From assembly GCF_006345805.1 (NCBI RefSeq), contig NC_043006.1:40486001-40550000 (forward strand): a stretch of DNA of 64,000 nt. Direction: 5' to 3'. This DNA is from Octopus sinensis. Taxonomy: Eukaryota. Below are positions 61,271-64,000 of the stretch, one piece after another; the first letter of the stretch is position 1; every line of letters begins with the position of its first letter. Position numbers and translations under genes: made by a program. The notes under the pieces are model-generated. The model was not told the origin of the DNA. It was given only the letters and a program-made list of their open reading frames with translations, and did not search any database.

Positions 61271-61712
61271 AGTGGTGGTGGTAATGGTGGTGGTGGTGGT
61301 GGTGGTGGTGGTGGTGATGATGATGATGATGATGATGATGATGAGATGATGATGATGATGATAATGTTGATGAAGATGATGATGATGATGATGTTGATGT
61401 TGATGATGATGATGATGATGATGTTGATGATGATGATGTTGATGATGATGATAATGATGATGATGATGAAGATGATGATTATGATGATGATGATGATGAT
61501 TATGATGATGATGTTGATGATGGTCTAGTTAAAAAACAATTACTCATCACTCACTTGCTTTGAACAACAATTGGATATTTCAAATCACTGCAAGAGTTGA
61601 CTTTCTGGCGAAAGTTTAAAATATATTCTGGTTTTGCTGGAATCATTCCTTCAGGCCAAGCAGTGAAGTTGTATTGTGTTATTGTGCGGCTGACAAAAGG
61701 TTTAGATTTGGG
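46833..61712 (-). CDS. Receptor-type protein tyrosine phosphatase-like gene with tandem D1-D2 domains, both catalytically degenerate; last 10 coding exons, 392 aa, 5' part beyond the window
   Basis: 10 exons with AG/GT boundaries splice into one open frame with PTP motifs in order: TITQYNFTAWPE, PIVVQSKTGAGSTGAYICLDILLE, AQLEFVYDVITES, GYEEDKFILAISP...EFWNII...CLTIV, FWKD, PIAVHNRCGYFESGLFCAI, LYTYC. The phase-2 intron inside each P-loop is typical of classical PTPs. Confidence 0.9.
47732..48214. mobile_element. Tigger/pogo-like MITE
   Basis: TA-CAGTAATCCCTCA...TGAGGGATTACTG-TA termini; subterminal GGTGAACCGC-type repeats. Confidence 0.75.
48321..48459 (-). CDS. PTP D2 exon (RCGYFESGLFCAIYSTINMVKAEESCINIARLLRQMKKSQPLILTDP)
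   Basis: ttatag|...|gtaaga, 139 nt. Confidence 0.92.
48975..49215. mobile_element. piggyBac-type MITE, same family as 17565-17792, opposite orientation
   Basis: TTAA-CTCTTTTG...GAAAGGG-TTAA; interior is the reverse complement of the 17.6-kb copy. Confidence 0.75.
49355..50360. repeat. ~1-kb degenerate (TG)n tract with higher-order GTACATGTGTTTGCTGTGTGTATGAG units
   Basis: Visible directly. Confidence 0.9.
50402..50550 (-). CDS. PTP D2 exon (ESYYYTIVNHYDVTFWKDKTRLPPFETMLSLVNIVSHQNSEKMPIAVHN)
   Basis: cggtag|...AG|gtgagt, 149 nt. Confidence 0.9.
51204..51335 (-). CDS. PTP D2 exon (ENTSYLPTAIGQSLNFGQFNLELINFMDKELFQCNVLRVSYTKE)
   Basis: ttgcag|...|gtaagg, 132 nt; corresponds to the QYWP....FG region. 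Confidence 0.9.
52135..52257 (-). CDS. PTP D2 exon (GYEEDKFILAISPDREEMPEFWNIITKEKCLTIVTFRDLTN)
   Basis: ttccag|...|gtgagt, 123 nt; matches the FI.TQ.P.....DFW...IVM motif region. Confidence 0.92.
53364..53918. mobile_element. Non-autonomous retroelement embedded in (CATA)n; truncated copy at ~51655-51830
   Basis: Both copies start GGCTGCCCCCTC(G/A)TTATC..TATGGCCAT directly after (CATA)n; the full copy also ends in (CATA)n. Confidence 0.6.
54170..54650. mobile_element. SINE-like family C (GGATGCCCTTCCTAACGCCAAC motif, internal ~64-bp tandem units, (CAT)n tail); other copies ~26010-26250, 33960-34190, 50710-51170, 60935-61230, 63010-63265
   Basis: Recurrent CCATGCTGGCATGGGTTGGAC...CAGCTGGATGCCCTTCCTAA.GCCAACCACTC. 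Confidence 0.8.
54795..54841 (-). CDS. PTP short exon (DERNMSTTNFEISLIE)
   Basis: ttcaaag|...|gtaagt, 47 nt, phase 1/0; restores frame between its neighbours. Confidence 0.8.
55567..55886. repeat. Compound (GCA)n/(GTA)n/(GGT)n tract, intronic
   Basis: Visible directly. Confidence 0.9.
55936..56002 (-). CDS. PTP exon, reduced D2 N-terminus (DILQPVCQGNSVHSDLLEELYS)
   Basis: ttgcag|...G|gtaagt, 67 nt, phase 0/1. Confidence 0.8.
56600..56749 (-). CDS. PTP exon, end of D1 and D1-D2 linker (AQLEFVYDVITESMMTSGCNINFNDLKSEIERISVKDEITCWSIADRQFM)
   Basis: tgctag|...|gtaagt, 150 nt. Confidence 0.92.
57873..58650 (+). mobile_element. Head-to-tail array of four family-B SINE copies (~220-bp period)
   Basis: Heads at ~57873, 58093, 58315 and 58533, joined by AGAATATTT tails. 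Confidence 0.9.
59243..59378 (-). CDS. PTP exon, D1 P-loop second half (KTGAGSTGAYICLDILLEKLEQNKALNTAYSIRSLYNERCLIFTKR)
   Basis: tttcag|...|gtatgt, 136 nt. Confidence 0.92.
59575..59775 (+). mobile_element. CR1-type LINE 3' end
   Basis: RKHFFTLRVAEAWNKLPASVVCCRSTASFK...*. Confidence 0.75.
61230..61522. repeat. (GAT)n/(GGT)n tract, intronic
   Basis: Visible directly. Confidence 0.9.
61555..61712 (-). CDS. PTP exon, D1 WPD-loop region (PKSKPFVSRTITQYNFTAWPEGMIPAKPEYILNFRQKVNSCSDLKYPIVVQS)
   Basis: ttgcag|...AA|gtgagt on minus, 158 nt. Confidence 0.92.
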
Positions 61713-61780
61713 CTGCAAAAAAAAAAAATACATATATATAATGTAACTAAACGTAAAATTGAAGATTTTATAAGTGGCTT

Positions 61781-61828
<48 letters not shown>

Positions 61829-61835
61829 TATATAT

Positions 61836-62476
61836 ATAATTATCAATTACACCAAGTAGTCTTTGCTTAGTATTACTTAAATTTTCCTCGAATGAGGCTT
61901 TTACATGCCGAAGACTACTTGGTGTAATTGATAATTATTCCAAATTAATTAATTTCACCCTTCATTATTACGGATAACCATATTTTATCTCAGTAGATGA
62001 CCACAGCATCTTGTTTTGGCTACACGCGGGTGGGAAGGGGCTGTTGACACAATCGTTTCATTCACAAATTTGAATTCGGTGATACTAGTTGCGGATTCTA
62101 GCTCGCTCTGATACTGAGTTGAGTTGGTGCCTCCTAGTATCTCAAAATTCAATATATAATCATTTATGATTATAGTATTCTACGCTGAAGAGAAAAGAAG
62201 TTTCGGTAAGATAGAATTATTTAATATTTAATATTTAATTCTTATGCTTTCCTAAAAACTTGATTTCGAAACGTACGTCCGTAGATAACTTAAAAAATGT
62301 ATGATAGATTGCAGTCAATTCATTCTCTCTTACCTGTTTGTGTCAGCCTTCCAATTGCTGTTTTTACTGAGATCTCCCTTTTTAGTAGAAGAAATAGCTA
62401 TAACCCTTTGACTGCTATTTCTAAATTCGGTATGTGGTAAGGCAATTCGTTGCTAAACCCTTATTGCTTAGTATTA

Positions 62477-62480
<4 letters not shown>
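61836..62480 (+). mobile_element. Non-coding hammerhead-bearing retroelement (Penelope-dependent or retrozyme-like) inserted in (TA)n
   Basis: 28-bp perfect inverted repeat (61836-61863 / 61911-61938); 17-bp direct repeat TTGCTTAGTATTACTTA (61863-61879 / 62464-62480); internal hammerhead; (TA)n on both flanks. Confidence 0.65.
62179..62285 (+). ncRNA. Type I hammerhead ribozyme motif with extended stem II
   Basis: TCTACG-CTGAAGA-GAAA..AAGTTT..AGAATTA/TAATTCT..AAACTT..TTTC-GAAA-C(GTAC)G-TC-CGTAGA; GUC triplet ends at 62279. Confidence 0.8.
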
Positions 62481-62535
<55 letters not shown>

Positions 62536-62695
62536 TTTGTTTTCTAGTTTCAGCTCAGAGCTGTGGCCATGTTGATGCACCACCGTTACATATATATATA
62601 AGTATAATTTAAATGATACTAGAACTATAGTCATGTTGTATATCATGCAAACACTACTATCATGTACCCTGAGGTTTATGACCCCTCACCTAGAA

Positions 62696-62984
62696 CAGTG
62701 GTTCTCAAACATTTTCAGGCTGCCATCCCCTTGACACCAAGACCACATTCCTAGTGGCCCCATGCCAACTGACCATCACAAAGCAAATTCAAAGCAACTG
62801 TATTTCACAAAACTTAACTTAATGAACTCATTATTTTGTTGTTTTTGCATGAATTGCTACCCCATTACCGCCCAGCTTTTTTACATGAATCGCTACCCCA
62901 TTATTGCTCCACTTTCCTTCAATGCCTCCTTTGAACTTTCCACCACCCTCACAGAGACAATACTGCTCACTTCGGTAACCACAG
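62696..62984. mobile_element. hAT-like MITE relic
   Basis: Left end CAGTGGTTCTCAAAC; degenerate right end CTTCGGTAACCACAG. Confidence 0.45.
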
Positions 62985-63518
62985 ACCAAGAATATAGTTT
63001 AAGAAGGATTTCGTTGCCAGTGACGCCGGACTGGCTTCGTGCAGGTAGCATGTAAAAACACCTTTTGAGCATGGTCGTTGCCAGAACCACCTGACTGGCC
63101 CTCATGCTGGTGGCATGTAAAATCACCCACTACACTCTCAGAGTGGTTGGCATTAGGAAGGGCATCCAGCTGTAGAAACTTTGCCAGATCAGATAGAGCC
63201 TGGTGCAGCCTCTAGTTCACCAGTCCTCAGTCAAACTGTCCAACCCATGCCAGCATAGAAAGCAGACAGTTTGCTTGACTCACCCACTTGAACAAAGCTC
63301 CTTAGAAGGTCTACCTTGGATGAATATGTACTGCAAATTAATCGACTAAATGCATATAAATGCTACATTGAAGGACATTAGGACACTTAAGCAGCAGAAA
63401 CACATGTTGGGTTGGAATCTTATAAGAATAATAATTCAATAAACAAGTTCTGAAGATGTATAATTCTCCAGTCTTCTTTACAACATCTTGATTATATATA
63501 AATGTGTGTGTGCATCTC

Positions 63519-63573
<55 letters not shown>

Positions 63574-64000
63574 TTTTTCCTCTCATTCCTTTCTGATGAA
63601 GAGCATTAGCTTGAAATGTCAATGAGTTTTCCCTCTTCCCGGGTATCAAACTAATACATCTGCTTGTTGTTCCCTTACTTGTCTTTGTCCTTTTTCTGAA
63701 CATTTGAACAATATACTTATATGCACGCACACACACACACACACACATTCACACACACACCCATACACACACACTTAGGCTACATAAAGTAAAAGTCAAA
63801 AAAAAGTTTATATATATATATACACACACATATATATGTATATATTTATATGCATACATATATACACCCACACTCACACTAACATGTATGTGTGCGTGCG
63901 TGTGTGTGTGTGTGCATGCACATGTGAGTATTCATACATGCATATACACATATGTGCATGTGTGTGGGGGGATGCACATGCATGTGGGTATTCATACATG

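Noticed and set aside
62940-63020. ETILLTSVTTDQEYSLRRISL, superficially like a PTP beta-strand exon
   Set aside because: Wrong strand for the PTP gene and spans a MITE end and SINE junction

Overview
AT-rich eukaryotic genomic DNA, saturated with microsatellites and SINEs; the repeat families suggest an octopod cephalopod (inference). Nearly all ORF-track entries are microsatellite noise, and the real genes are spliced and were reconstructed by hand. (1) Plus strand, 992-37105: the 3' part of a multi-SRCR gene with 8 group-A (6-Cys) domains, each split into two exons, and a 14-nt coding terminal exon (...LICEYTT*). No C-terminal TM, ZP or CUB domain. The domains form a duplicated 4-domain cassette. 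(2) Minus strand, 61712-46833: the last 10 coding exons (392 aa) of a tandem-domain receptor-type tyrosine phosphatase. Both PTP domains lack the catalytic Cys and Arg, yet frame and splice sites are intact, and the tail has an ITIM-like SHYAEV. The two genes are convergent. Introns and spacer hold several tRNA-derived SINE families, RTE/CR1/HERO/Penelope fragments, and mariner, maT, Tigger, piggyBac and hAT relics. There are also many type I hammerhead ribozyme motifs, including a ~600-bp terminally redundant non-coding hammerhead element resembling a retrozyme.
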